This document shows positions 46,115-57,562 of a stretch of 64,000 bases of DNA, one piece after another (position 1 is the stretch's first letter; each line of letters begins with the position of its first letter). The DNA lies in the NCBI GenBank assembly GCA_031364805.1, contig JANLWW010000032.1:30372-94371 (forward strand). Direction: 5' to 3'. Both the position numbers and the translations under genes were made by a program. The notes under the pieces were generated by a model. The model was not told the origin of the DNA. It saw only the letters and a list, made by a program, of their open reading frames with translations, and searched no databases. The stretch comes from Acidobacteriota bacterium (GTDB taxonomy: Bacteria > Acidobacteriota > Vicinamibacteria > Vicinamibacterales > UBA2999).

Positions 46115-49100
46115 CTAGTTAAAGAAGTAACGGAAACTCAGCAGTACCTTGTAAACGTCACCCAGATCCGACGTCTGCTGAAGCGATGTCGTCATCAGCT
46201 GGTTGTTGATCACGCGGAGCCGGTACCGCGCTCGTCCCTCTGCATCGACCGGTCCGCCCTGAGCGGCGGTCGGCACGATCAGGGGCGAGTTGGAAATCAA
46301 GCGCTGCGAGACGCCCCAGTTCTTGTTGAGCAGGTTGCCGAAGTTGATCACGTCGGCGCGGAACTGGAAGCGCTGGCGTTTGCCGCCAATGTTCTTGAAC
46401 ACGTCCTGCGAGACGCTCAGGTCCATGCGGTTAAGCATTGGCAGGAAGACCGCATTGCGCACCGCGTACTCGCCGCGACGCTTGCTCAGGTAGGCATCCT
46501 GCTGGATGTAGGACTCCCAGGCCGCGGCCTGCTGTGCCGCGGTGAACGGCACCGCGCCAGTGATGTCCTGGAAGTTCATCTCGCTCGTATTCCGGGGGAT
46601 GTAGATCAGGTCGTTGCCGGTCGCGGTGTCGCCATTCAGATCGCCCGAGAAGACATAGCTGGTGTTGGTAATCGTGCGCGAGTCAAAGAACAGGGAGATG
46701 GCGGTGGCGCCAAACCCGAAGTATTCCTTGCGATAGTTCGCCGAGACGAAGAAGCGGTGGCCCGGCGAGTTAGAGCTGAACGAGAGCCCGGGGTTGTTCG
46801 GGTCGCCCGAAATAGCGTTGCCGGTAAAGGAGCCTGAGGCGATCGAACCGGCGTCGACGGTGTTTTCCGCTTCGCCGTAGTTGTAGGCGGCCTGCACGAA
46901 GCCGCTGCCGAACGTCTTCTTGAGCGAGCCGGTCATGTTCCAGTTCCGTCCAATATCCTGGTTCTTCAGGACGGTGGCGTTCGCGATGTTGCTGTTGATT
47001 CGGGCGCTGGTGTACCGCGGCCGAGTGTCGGCGCCAGCGAAAGAGGTCTGCGAAGCCGGGAGGTTGGCGTTGATGTAGTAGACGCCGTTGACGTCGCGGC
47101 TGTAGAGGAACTCCCCGGTGCCGGTCATGCCCCAGGGGAGGCGCTGGTCGACGCCGATGTTGCTGCGCCACACCTGGGGGAACTTGAAGTCGTCGTTGGT
47201 CAACGCCAGTTCGTAGGCCGCGGCCGGCGCGCCGGTGACGTTGGTGGGCTTGTACTTGTCGGGATTGGAACTGAACGGCCGGTTCCTCGTATCGCAGCCG
47301 GTCACAGCGTTGAGCCGGCAATCTTCGAAGCCGGTCAGCACGCCGGTGTTGCCAATCTGGTTGGAGATCCACACAAATGGCGGTTTCCCGGTGAACACGC
47401 CAGTGCCACCGCGGACCTGTGTGCCGCGGTTCCGGGCCACATCCCAGTTGAAGCCCACTCTGGGCGAAATTAGCGGATTGGCCTTAGGCAGCTGCTTGGT
47501 CGAATACTTCACGGTCGCGCCGGTTTCATCGCGGAACGATAACGCGTCGGCGGCGGCGTTCGCGTAGCCGGTGTCGCCGAACGATGCCACGTCCACGCGG
47601 ACACCGGCAATCAGCTTGAAGTTGTCGGCGACGCTCCATTCATCCTGGGCGTAGGCACCGGAGTAAATTACGTCAAGCGGCTGAATCGGTTTGTCCTGGC
47701 CGGGAATGTTGTTGTAGCGCACCTGGAAGATCGCCGGAGGAGCCGGCGAGGTGGTGCGGTTTGGGTTGGCGAGGGCGTCGCGGGCGTCAGTGTAGAAGTC
47801 CGCCAGCGAGTTATAGACGTAGGCGCTCTGCTTGCCCGGGAAGAACACGTTCTCGGAGTGATACTTTTCAAAGCTCACCCCGAACGTCAGCGAGTGCTTG
47901 TCACCGAACCGGGTGAAGCTGTCCTGCAGCTGAAAGGTGTTGTAGCGCAGCTCATTGTTGGGCGTGAACGGCTCCGAACCGAACGACGTGTAGACCGTGT
48001 TGGCCTGGAGAATGTCAACCAGCGGAAATAGCTTGCCGATATCGCCACGGCTCTCGTCGGACTTGCTGTAGCCGACGATCAGCGAGTTCGACATCTTGGT
48101 GCCGAGAATGGTGTTGAGTTCGCCGATGGCGGACTTGTTGTTTTCGAGAATCGTGTAGTTCGAGGCTTCAAAGTTCAGTCCGAAGGTCGAGGTCCGGCGA
48201 TTGCCGAAGCCGAGGGACGATGAGTTCGAGAGCAGCACGTCGGTGTCGGAATCGAGCTGGTTGTAACGAAACGTCAGTTTGTTCCGGTTGTTGAGGTTGA
48301 AATCGAACTTCGCGAGTGCGCGCCGCCCTGGCGTGGCGAACTCGTAGTTCTGAAATCCACCCGTCTCGTACTGGAAGCTGCTCTGCAGGAACGACGACAG
48401 CGCAGTGAGATCCGACTCAAGCACGCGAGTGATGCTCCCGCCCACGGGTTCGCCGCCGGTGTTGGCCCGGAACGTGGTGCCCGGCTGAATGAACTTCTCG
48501 CCTTCGCCGCTGCCGAAGAAGAACAGTCGATTCTTCAGGATCGGCCCGGAGACCCAGGCGCCGCCATTTTTGAAGTTGAACGTACCCGGGTTCACCGCCG
48601 CGGTTTTGGCCTCAGTGCCGACCAGGCCGTTGTCGCGGAACTGGTAGAAGCCCGAGCCGGCGAACTGATTGGTGCCACTACGAGTGACGGTGTTGACGCC
48701 GGCGCCGACGAAGTTGCCCTGGCGCACGTCGTAGGGGGCCACACTCACTTGCACCTGCTCGATCGCCTCCATCGAAATTGGCGCGACGTTGGTGCGTTCG
48801 CCTGGCGCCGAGCCGAGGCCGAACGAGTTGTTGAAGTACGAGCCGTCAACCGTAATGTTGTTCAGGCGGCTGTCCTGACCGCCCACCGAGAAGCCGCGCG
48901 CCTCGGGCGCCAGGCGGATAATGCCGTCGATGCGGTTGTTCAGGGTGGGCAGGGCAGCGATCGTTTCGCGGCTCACCGTGGTGGCCGAACCCGTGCGCTC
49001 AGAGTTGAAGACCGTGTCGGACTTCGCGGTGACGGTCACGGTTTCGGTGATGGCGATATTGCGCATCGTGAACTCGATGTCGGTCGCGGCGCCCAGGTTT

Positions 49101-49411
49101 ACCGTGATGTTGTCCTGGGTCTCCGGCTGGAACGCCGCAGCGCCAGTGCCCGAGGCGGCAACCGTCACCGAGTAGGGACCGCCGACCCGCATGCCCGGAA
49201 TCGAAAACCGTCCGTCAGAACGGGTGGTGGCTTCGTACGTGGAGCCCGAGGGCAGGTGGATCGCGATTACGCTGGCGTCCGAAACCGCCTGCTGCTGTGA
49301 ATCGAGGACCTTACCGCTGAGAGCGCCGGTGGTGACGCCCTGGGCGCTGAGCGATGTGGCGAGGGCGTAAACCGAGACGAGGGAGAAGGCAAATCTAATC
49401 AAATGTTTCAT
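46115..49411 (-). CDS. Oar-like TonB-dependent outer-membrane transporter with carboxypeptidase-regulatory-like N-domain
   Basis: G.F.IPG.RVGGPY.VTV, NNITVDG, G.VNTVTRSGTN.F.GS, SPRVGFNWD, aromatic C-terminus RYFFN; AGGAG SD. Confidence 0.92.
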   Translation of the reverse strand: MKHLIRFAFSLVSVYALATSLSAQGVTTGALSGKVLDSQQQAVSDASVIAIHLPSGSTYEATTRSDGRFSIPGMRVGGPYSVTVAASGTGAAAFQPETQDNITVNLGAATDIEFTMRNIAITETVTVTAKSDTVFNSERTGSATTVSRETIAALPTLNNRIDGIIRLAPEARGFSVGGQDSRLNNITVDGSYFNNSFGLGSAPGERTNVAPISMEAIEQVQVSVAPYDVRQGNFVGAGVNTVTRSGTNQFAGSGFYQFRDNGLVGTEAKTAAVNPGTFNFKNGGAWVSGPILKNRLFFFGSGEGEKFIQPGTTFRANTGGEPVGGSITRVLESDLTALSSFLQSSFQYETGGFQNYEFATPGRRALAKFDFNLNNRNKLTFRYNQLDSDTDVLLSNSSSLGFGNRRTSTFGLNFEASNYTILENNKSAIGELNTILGTKMSNSLIVGYSKSDESRGDIGKLFPLVDILQANTVYTSFGSEPFTPNNELRYNTFQLQDSFTRFGDKHSLTFGVSFEKYHSENVFFPGKQSAYVYNSLADFYTDARDALANPNRTTSPAPPAIFQVRYNNIPGQDKPIQPLDVIYSGAYAQDEWSVADNFKLIAGVRVDVASFGDTGYANAAADALSFRDETGATVKYSTKQLPKANPLISPRVGFNWDVARNRGTQVRGGTGVFTGKPPFVWISNQIGNTGVLTGFEDCRLNAVTGCDTRNRPFSSNPDKYKPTNVTGAPAAAYELALTNDDFKFPQVWRSNIGVDQRLPWGMTGTGEFLYSRDVNGVYYINANLPASQTSFAGADTRPRYTSARINSNIANATVLKNQDIGRNWNMTGSLKKTFGSGFVQAAYNYGEAENTVDAGSIASGSFTGNAISGDPNNPGLSFSSNSPGHRFFVSANYRKEYFGFGATAISLFFDSRTITNTSYVFSGDLNGDTATGNDLIYIPRNTSEMNFQDITGAVPFTAAQQAAAWESYIQQDAYLSKRRGEYAVRNAVFLPMLNRMDLSVSQDVFKNIGGKRQRFQFRADVINFGNLLNKNWGVSQRLISNSPLIVPTAAQGGPVDAEGRARYRLRVINNQLMTTSLQQTSDLGDVYKVLLSFRYFFN

Positions 49412-49473
49412 GTGGGCATCGCTCCTGAACAAGCGTGAATTATCGCACTTGTACGTTACAGGCAGGTAAATAG

Positions 49474-49511
49474 AAAACGGGCCGGCTCCGCGCGGCGGAA
49501 CCGGCCCGTTT
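49474..49511 (-). terminator. Intrinsic terminator after the TPR lipoprotein gene
   Basis: AAAACGGGCCGG...CCGGCCCGTTT inverted repeat. Confidence 0.75.
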
Positions 49512-49552
49512 AAGGTTTGGGTAATCGCCCGATGAGGCGATTTGTGAGGATT

Positions 49553-50497
49553 TTAGCTGGTCGCCTTGGCCTTGCGCATGGCGTTGGCCTTGTCGCCCAG
49601 TTCGGTGCCTTCTCGAATCAGCTGCTGCTGCTTCTTGGGGTCTTTTTCGACCAGTGCCTGCGTGCGCAGCAGCAGGCCCTTGTAGGTCATGGCCTCGATA
49701 TAGTCGGGCTTGATCTCGAGCGCCTTGTTCACGGCGTCAAGACCGTCGAGCACCAGCTGCAGCTTTTCCTTGTCGGCCAGGCGGAAGTCGCGCGACGCCT
49801 TGTCCCAGTGATAGGTCGCCAGCGTGTAGTGCGCCTCCGGGTTGTTCGGCTCGAGTTCGATGCGCTTGCGCAGGTTCTCGACCAGCTTGGGGAAGTCGCC
49901 CTGGCGGTTGTAGTAGCCGGCGACCGTCAGGTACACGGTCGGGTCGTTCGGCTTGGCGTCGCGACCCTTCAAGTAGGTCTCTTCAGCCAACTGGTACTCG
50001 CCCGAGTCTTCGTAGATCTTCGCGAGCTGGAAATAGTTGGTCGGTTCGTTGGGCGCCAGTTCGATCATGCGCTTCACCACCGGCTCGGCCTGGGTCGGGT
50101 CGGCCAGCTTGTCGGGTCCGTAGGCGGCGACCAGGAACTCGAGGGCCAGTGATCGCTTCGGAATGGTGTCTTCCGTCAGCTTCTCGCTCGCCAGCTTGTA
50201 GTTCTCGACCGCCTTCGCCATCAGTTCGTCGTTGGCGGGCTCACCCTTGCGCGCCGGCCGGTACATGTTGTCGTACGAGTTGGCCAGATAGAAGAAGATG
50301 GCCGCGTTTTTCGGGTCGAGCTTCGCCGCCTCCTCGTACTTCTCGGCCGCCGCCCGCCAATCACTGGCGCCGTAGGCCTTATTGCCGTCCTTGAACGCCT
50401 TCATGGCGCGGACCTCGCCGATGTATCCGCAACCGGCAAGCGCGACGCCCAGTCCCATAACCAGCGCCAAATACGCTGCCGAAGACCGCTTTCTCAT
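49553..50497 (-). CDS. TPR-repeat lipoprotein
   Basis: MRKR...ALAGC lipobox; multiple TPRs; the provided ORF's upstream extension is an antisense shadow of rel. Confidence 0.85.
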   Translation of the reverse strand: MRKRSSAAYLALVMGLGVALAGCGYIGEVRAMKAFKDGNKAYGASDWRAAAEKYEEAAKLDPKNAAIFFYLANSYDNMYRPARKGEPANDELMAKAVENYKLASEKLTEDTIPKRSLALEFLVAAYGPDKLADPTQAEPVVKRMIELAPNEPTNYFQLAKIYEDSGEYQLAEETYLKGRDAKPNDPTVYLTVAGYYNRQGDFPKLVENLRKRIELEPNNPEAHYTLATYHWDKASRDFRLADKEKLQLVLDGLDAVNKALEIKPDYIEAMTYKGLLLRTQALVEKDPKKQQQLIREGTELGDKANAMRKAKATS

Positions 50498-50639
50498 CAG
50501 AATTCCCCCTGTAAGTCCCAGTAAAACACGTTCACGTCGCAAGGCCGGAAAGTATAGCTTCGATTCCAGACCCCCCGCAACCACGACCCGGGCATGCCCT
50601 ATGATGGAGGCAGGTCCATTTAAAGGCGAACGCCACAAT

Positions 50640-50662
50640 GTAGCGTCCGGCTTCAACCGGAC
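50640..50662 (+). repeat. GTAG-type REP palindrome
   Basis: GTAG-C-GTCCGG-CTTCAA-CCGGAC. Confidence 0.65.
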
Positions 50663-50698
50663 TGTCACCGACCGATACGCAATTAGACACCAAAGTTC

Positions 50699-52873
50699 AT
50701 GATTCGCTTCGAGGATCTGCTCGACAAGGTCCGGGCCTACAGCCCCGACGCCGATCTCGAGTTGCTCCGCCGGGCCTACGTATTCTCGGCACTGGAGCAC
50801 AAGGGACAGATCCGCCATTCCGGGGAGCCCTACCTGGTTCACCCGCTCGAGGTCTCGGACATCCTCGCCGACATGAAGCTCGACGCGGTCTGCATTGCCG
50901 CCGGGCTGCTCCATGACGTGGTCGAAGACACCCTGACCACCCCGGAGAAGATTCGTGAAAAATTCGGCGAGGACGTCGCCCACATCGTCGAGGGCGTCAC
51001 CAAGATCGGCGCCATCCCGTTCTCGTCCACCGAAGAGCGCCAGGCCGAGAACTTCCGCAAGATGCTGCTGGCGATGGTCGATGACATCCGGGTCATCCTG
51101 GTGAAACTTGCCGACCGCTTGCACAACATGCGCACCCTGCAGCACATGGCGGACGACAAGCGCGCACGGATCGCCCAGGAGACGCTCGACATCTACGCGC
51201 CGATTGCGAACCGGCTGGGGATGAGCCGCATCAAGAACGAACTCGAAGAACTGTCGTTCCGCTATCTCGAGCCGGCCGCCTTCGAGTCGTTGCGGGGCAA
51301 GGTCGAAGGCAAGCGCAAGCCGACCGAGGGCATGATCGAGCAACTCACCGCCGACCTTCGCGACAAGTTACGCGAGGCGGAAGTGCCGGTCATCAGCGTC
51401 GACGGCCGAGTCAAGCGCCTCTACAGCATCTGGCTCAAGCTCAAGGCGCAGAAGATCGATCTCGAGCAGGTCTACGACTTCGTCGCGCTGCGCATTGTCA
51501 CGCCGTCGGTTAAGGATTGCTACGCCGCGCTCGGCATCATCCACCAGACGTGGTCGCCGGTGCCCGGCCGCATCAAGGACTTTATCGCCATGCCGCGGCC
51601 CAACGGCTACCAGTCGCTGCACACCTCGGTGATCAGCGATCGTGGCTTCCCGTTCGAGGTGCAGATCCGGACCGAAGAAATGCACCGGCTGGCGGAAGAG
51701 GGCATTGCCGCGCACTGGAAATACAAGGAAGGCCGCGTCGGCGCCGGTCGCGACGAGCAGTACTTCCAGTGGCTGCGCCAGTTGCTCGAATGGCAGCAGG
51801 AGGTCCGCGACCCGCAGGAGTTCCTGTCGAACCTGAAGATCGACCTCTACCCGGAAGAGGTCTACACCTTCACGCCGCGGGGCACGGTGAAGGTGCTGCC
51901 TAAAGGCTCCACCGCGATCGACTTCGCCTACTCGATTCACACCGACGTTGGCCACCAGTGCGTCGGCGCCCGCGTCAACGGCCGCATGGTGCCGCTGCGC
52001 ACCCGCCTCAAGAACGGCGACATCGTCGAGATCATCCGCAACGCCTCGCACAAGCCGAGCCGCGACTGGCTGAATTTCGCCGTCACCTCGCGCGCGCGCA
52101 ACAAGATCAAGCACCTGATCCAGGCCGAGGAGAAGGAGCGCGCCGTCGAACTAGGCAAGCGGGTGTTCGACAAGGAAGCCCGCCGCTTCGGCCTGAACGG
52201 CACGAAGCTGGTGGAGGGCGAGGCCATCCTGAAGATTCTGGCGGAGTTTGCCGCCGCCAAACCCGAGGACCTGCTGGCGCAGATCGGATACGGCAAGGTG
52301 TCGCCGCGCCTGGTGCTCGACAAGATCGTCCCGCAAGGTGAGCTGAAGGAGCAGGCGCCCGAGCACCCGGTGGTCTCGGCGGTGAAACGCGTGCTGCGCA
52401 CGGGCAGCGAGCCCGATCGCATCAAGGTGCGCGGTGCCGACGAGGTGATGGTGTTCCGCGCGAAGTGCTGCAACCCGATCCGCGGTGAGAACATCGTCGG
52501 CTACATCACGCGCGGCAAGGGCGTGTCAGTGCACGCGGCCAAGTGCCCGAACGTCATTAACCTGATGTACGACCCCGAGCGCCGCATCGACGTGGAGTGG
52601 GATAAGGGCGCAGACATCGCGCCCTACACGGTGCGGCTGACGATCGAGGTGGAGGACCGCAAGGGCATGCTGGCCGAACTGAGCCAGCGCATCTCCGACA
52701 TCAACACCAACATCACGAACATGGAGGCGCGGACCGGCGATCAGCGCGCCAGGATTGATGTCACCGTCGAGATCAAGGACATGAAGCACCTGGAACAGGT
52801 GATCAAGTCGGTTCGCGGGATTAAGGGAGTGTTGGGCGTCGAGCGAACGGCGCCTATTCCAGAACGGCGATGA
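50699..52873 (+). CDS. rel: Bifunctional (p)ppGpp synthetase/hydrolase Rel
   Basis: R.SGEPY..HP, LLHDVVEDT (intact HD), RIKD, NGYQSLHT, EVQIRT, TGS, AKCCNP, ACT domain. Confidence 0.96.
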   Translation: MIRFEDLLDKVRAYSPDADLELLRRAYVFSALEHKGQIRHSGEPYLVHPLEVSDILADMKLDAVCIAAGLLHDVVEDTLTTPEKIREKFGEDVAHIVEGVTKIGAIPFSSTEERQAENFRKMLLAMVDDIRVILVKLADRLHNMRTLQHMADDKRARIAQETLDIYAPIANRLGMSRIKNELEELSFRYLEPAAFESLRGKVEGKRKPTEGMIEQLTADLRDKLREAEVPVISVDGRVKRLYSIWLKLKAQKIDLEQVYDFVALRIVTPSVKDCYAALGIIHQTWSPVPGRIKDFIAMPRPNGYQSLHTSVISDRGFPFEVQIRTEEMHRLAEEGIAAHWKYKEGRVGAGRDEQYFQWLRQLLEWQQEVRDPQEFLSNLKIDLYPEEVYTFTPRGTVKVLPKGSTAIDFAYSIHTDVGHQCVGARVNGRMVPLRTRLKNGDIVEIIRNASHKPSRDWLNFAVTSRARNKIKHLIQAEEKERAVELGKRVFDKEARRFGLNGTKLVEGEAILKILAEFAAAKPEDLLAQIGYGKVSPRLVLDKIVPQGELKEQAPEHPVVSAVKRVLRTGSEPDRIKVRGADEVMVFRAKCCNPIRGENIVGYITRGKGVSVHAAKCPNVINLMYDPERRIDVEWDKGADIAPYTVRLTIEVEDRKGMLAELSQRISDINTNITNMEARTGDQRARIDVTVEIKDMKHLEQVIKSVRGIKGVLGVERTAPIPERR

Positions 52874-53234
52874 CGTCGATTTCGACCCGCACGTCCCTGG
52901 GCAACTTCACCACCTGCACGGTGGACCGGGCCGGGTACGGCGCCGTGAAATAGCTCGCGTAGACGTCGTTCATCGCTGCGAACTCGCCCAGGTCAACCAT
53001 GAACACAGTGGTGCGGACCACCTGCGAGAAATCCGCGCCGGCGGCCGCCAGCAACGCCTTGATGTTTTCCATCACGCGCGTCGCTTGTTCCTTGATGTCG
53101 CCGGCCACGATCTGGCCGGACACGGGATCGAGCGGAATCGATCCCGACAGAAACAGCATGTTGCCTACCTTGAGCGCCGGCGAATAAGGCCCAATGGCCT
53201 TGGCGGCGCCGGCGGCCGTCACCAGTTCGCGCAT
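52854..53234 (-). CDS. ridA: RidA/YjgF family imine deaminase
   Basis: AIGPYS, LFLSG.IP, F.AMN.VY..YF..PYPARS.VQV..LP....VEI. Confidence 0.9.
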   Translation of the reverse strand: MRELVTAAGAAKAIGPYSPALKVGNMLFLSGSIPLDPVSGQIVAGDIKEQATRVMENIKALLAAAGADFSQVVRTTVFMVDLGEFAAMNDVYASYFTAPYPARSTVQVVKLPRDVRVEIDVIAVLE

Positions 53235-53235
53235 T

Positions 53236-53451
53236 TTACGCGGCCTTGACGTTCTTGTTCGACCCCGCCTTGACGATCTTGCTCGAACGGATGCAGCGCG
53301 TGCAGACCTTCACGCGCTTGGTGGCGCCATCGACGACCGCGCGCACCGTCTGCAGGTTCGGTTCGAAGCGACGGGGACGGACGTTGTGGGCGTGAGAGAC
53401 ACGGCGGCCGACCACCGGACCCTTGCCACAGATTTCACAGCGCATTGCCAT
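53236..53451 (-). CDS. rpmB: 50S ribosomal protein L28 (zinc-binding form)
   Basis: CEICGK...G..VSHAH....RRF.PNLQ...VCTRC; AAGGAG SD. Confidence 0.95.
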   Translation of the reverse strand: MAMRCEICGKGPVVGRRVSHAHNVRPRRFEPNLQTVRAVVDGATKRVKVCTRCIRSSKIVKAGSNKNVKAA

Positions 53452-53475
53452 AACAGAGACTCCTTGGAGAAACCC

Positions 53476-54093
53476 CTATCTTAACAGTACGGGCGGGGTC
53501 TTCGGGGTGCCCTGCTGCAAGACCCTGGTAATCAGTTCAAGGTAGCCGGTCGGCCCGGCTTCAACCAAGGGCCCCTCGTGCCCCGCGCCGCGCTCGATTC
53601 CGCGGAGCACCAGCGCTACTTCCCGTTCAGCCCGGGCGCCTCCGGCCTTGGTGAGTTCGTCCAGGATGGGCCTGATTTCCTTCCGAAGACCCTCGGCCAC
53701 TGAAGACGAGGTGGCTTCCTCGAAAATCACCCCACGACTGGCGGTTTCGAGCGACTTGGCCAGTGCCCCTGTCGCCTGGGCAACATCGCTGTCGAGAATT
53801 CGGCCGAACCCCTCGGGCTTGAATCCCACGATGATCGACTCGAGGAGAAAAAACAGCTGGAGTTGCTGTTCGGACAGCCGTCCCATGGAGCCCATCAGAA
53901 TCGTGACGTCCTGATCGATTTGCCGCCGGACGACCGCAGCAGGGTGGCGTTGACTCGAATCCAGGTAGCGGCAATCTTCCGGACACGAAATTTCAACCAA
54001 TCGCTTGGTGGCGCAGCAGGTTGGGCAAATATCCCGCTGAAGGGCCGGGCAGGCCCGTTTGGCCGGTCGTTTTTGACACAGGGGACAGGTCAT
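53476..54093 (-). CDS. Cys-rich (putative zinc-binding) hypothetical protein
   Basis: MTCPLC...AKRACPAL...ICPTCC...ISCPEDCRYL. Confidence 0.75.
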   Translation of the reverse strand: MTCPLCQKRPAKRACPALQRDICPTCCATKRLVEISCPEDCRYLDSSQRHPAAVVRRQIDQDVTILMGSMGRLSEQQLQLFFLLESIIVGFKPEGFGRILDSDVAQATGALAKSLETASRGVIFEEATSSSVAEGLRKEIRPILDELTKAGGARAEREVALVLRGIERGAGHEGPLVEAGPTGYLELITRVLQQGTPKTPPVLLR

Positions 54094-54421
54094 AGGGGAA
54101 CGTGTAATTGTTGCCACATAGTAGGACGGTGTGCTACCTTTCACGTTTTCCGGGTGTCACCGATAAGTGACAAGTCCAGTAAGAACCCAAAAAGCACGTC
54201 CGGCGTCTAATCAACAGTAAACGGTGTTCGGACTGCTGATCTTTGGGCACGGCAGAGGCATTGTAAGTCTTTGTGAATAAAAGCGATAGACATGGAATAC
54301 GGGGCCAGAGTCGGCCGTAATTACGACCACGGCAGGCACTTACCAGCTCTCCGGTTATATCCCCAGTAATCGTGTCCATCGCTCATATCAGTCAGTGGAA
54401 GTTCAAGTTCGGGCAGGTTCA

Positions 54422-54438
54422 TAGGCATCGCTCTTGCA
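54422..54438 (+). promoter_or_regulatory. Sigma54-type (-24/-12) promoter upstream of dksA-lon
   Basis: TAGGCATCGCTCTTGCA: GG-N10-GC with TTGC. Confidence 0.6.
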
Positions 54439-54481
54439 TTAGAGCGGACCAATCATAGCGGCCCTTAAAGGTTAGGGGCCG

Positions 54482-54967
54482 ATGGAAGGAGCGGCTGAAG
54501 TCATGGCAGCCAAGTCAAAGAAGCGGAACGTCGCGGTAGCGGAAGCGCCCATTGGGGCGCGGTACGACGACTTGAAGCGGATGCTCGTCGAGCGTCAGCG
54601 GGAGATCCTGAGCGAAGTTCAGGGCAAAATCCGCGAGGTTCGCGCTGAAGGTTCTGAAAAGGACCACGAGGTCCTCGACCCGGGTGAGACATCCGAGGTC
54701 GACATTCAAGAAGACATCGAATTCGCCCTCATCCAGATGAAGGCGGAGACGCTGAACAAGATCAACGAGGCGCTGTCGCGCCTTGAAGAAGGTACTTACG
54801 GTCATTGCTTCGAGTGTGCGGAAGAAATCGCCCAGCCCCGCCTGCGCGCGCTGCCCTTCGCCGTTCGCTGCAAAGACTGCGAAGAAGCCCGAGAGATGGC
54901 CCAGCAGCGTGATCGAATTCAGGCGCGCCGCGGTTCATCCAGCCTCGGCTTCGACATGCGGGGATAA
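54482..54967 (+). CDS. DksA/TraR C4 zinc-finger protein
   Basis: Coiled coil, I.EAL.RLEEGTYG.CFEC.EEI...RL.ALP.A.RC..C; alternative start at 54503. Confidence 0.9.
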   Translation: MEGAAEVMAAKSKKRNVAVAEAPIGARYDDLKRMLVERQREILSEVQGKIREVRAEGSEKDHEVLDPGETSEVDIQEDIEFALIQMKAETLNKINEALSRLEEGTYGHCFECAEEIAQPRLRALPFAVRCKDCEEAREMAQQRDRIQARRGSSSLGFDMRG

Positions 54968-55068
54968 TACCCCGGCGTCCTAGAACAACAGGCTCCGCCG
55001 CCGGTGGTGGGGCCTGTTGATCCCCACCCCGGCTCACCTTTAGATTCGGCCCCTGGAGGGCCGGCACC

Positions 55069-57528
<2,460 letters not shown>

Positions 57529-57535
57529 CGACCAC

Positions 57536-57562
57536 GGGCGGGTCCTGCGACCCGCCTCCTAC
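57536..57562 (-). repeat. GTAG-type REP palindrome overlapping the dehydrogenase stop codon
   Basis: GTAGGA-GGCGGGTC-GCAG-GACCCGCC on the minus strand. Confidence 0.6.

Noticed and set aside
50498-51343. N-terminal 282 aa of the 596-aa ORF 49553..51343
   Set aside because: Antisense to rel and across a REP; the real start is MRKRSS at 50497, with a lipobox and SD.
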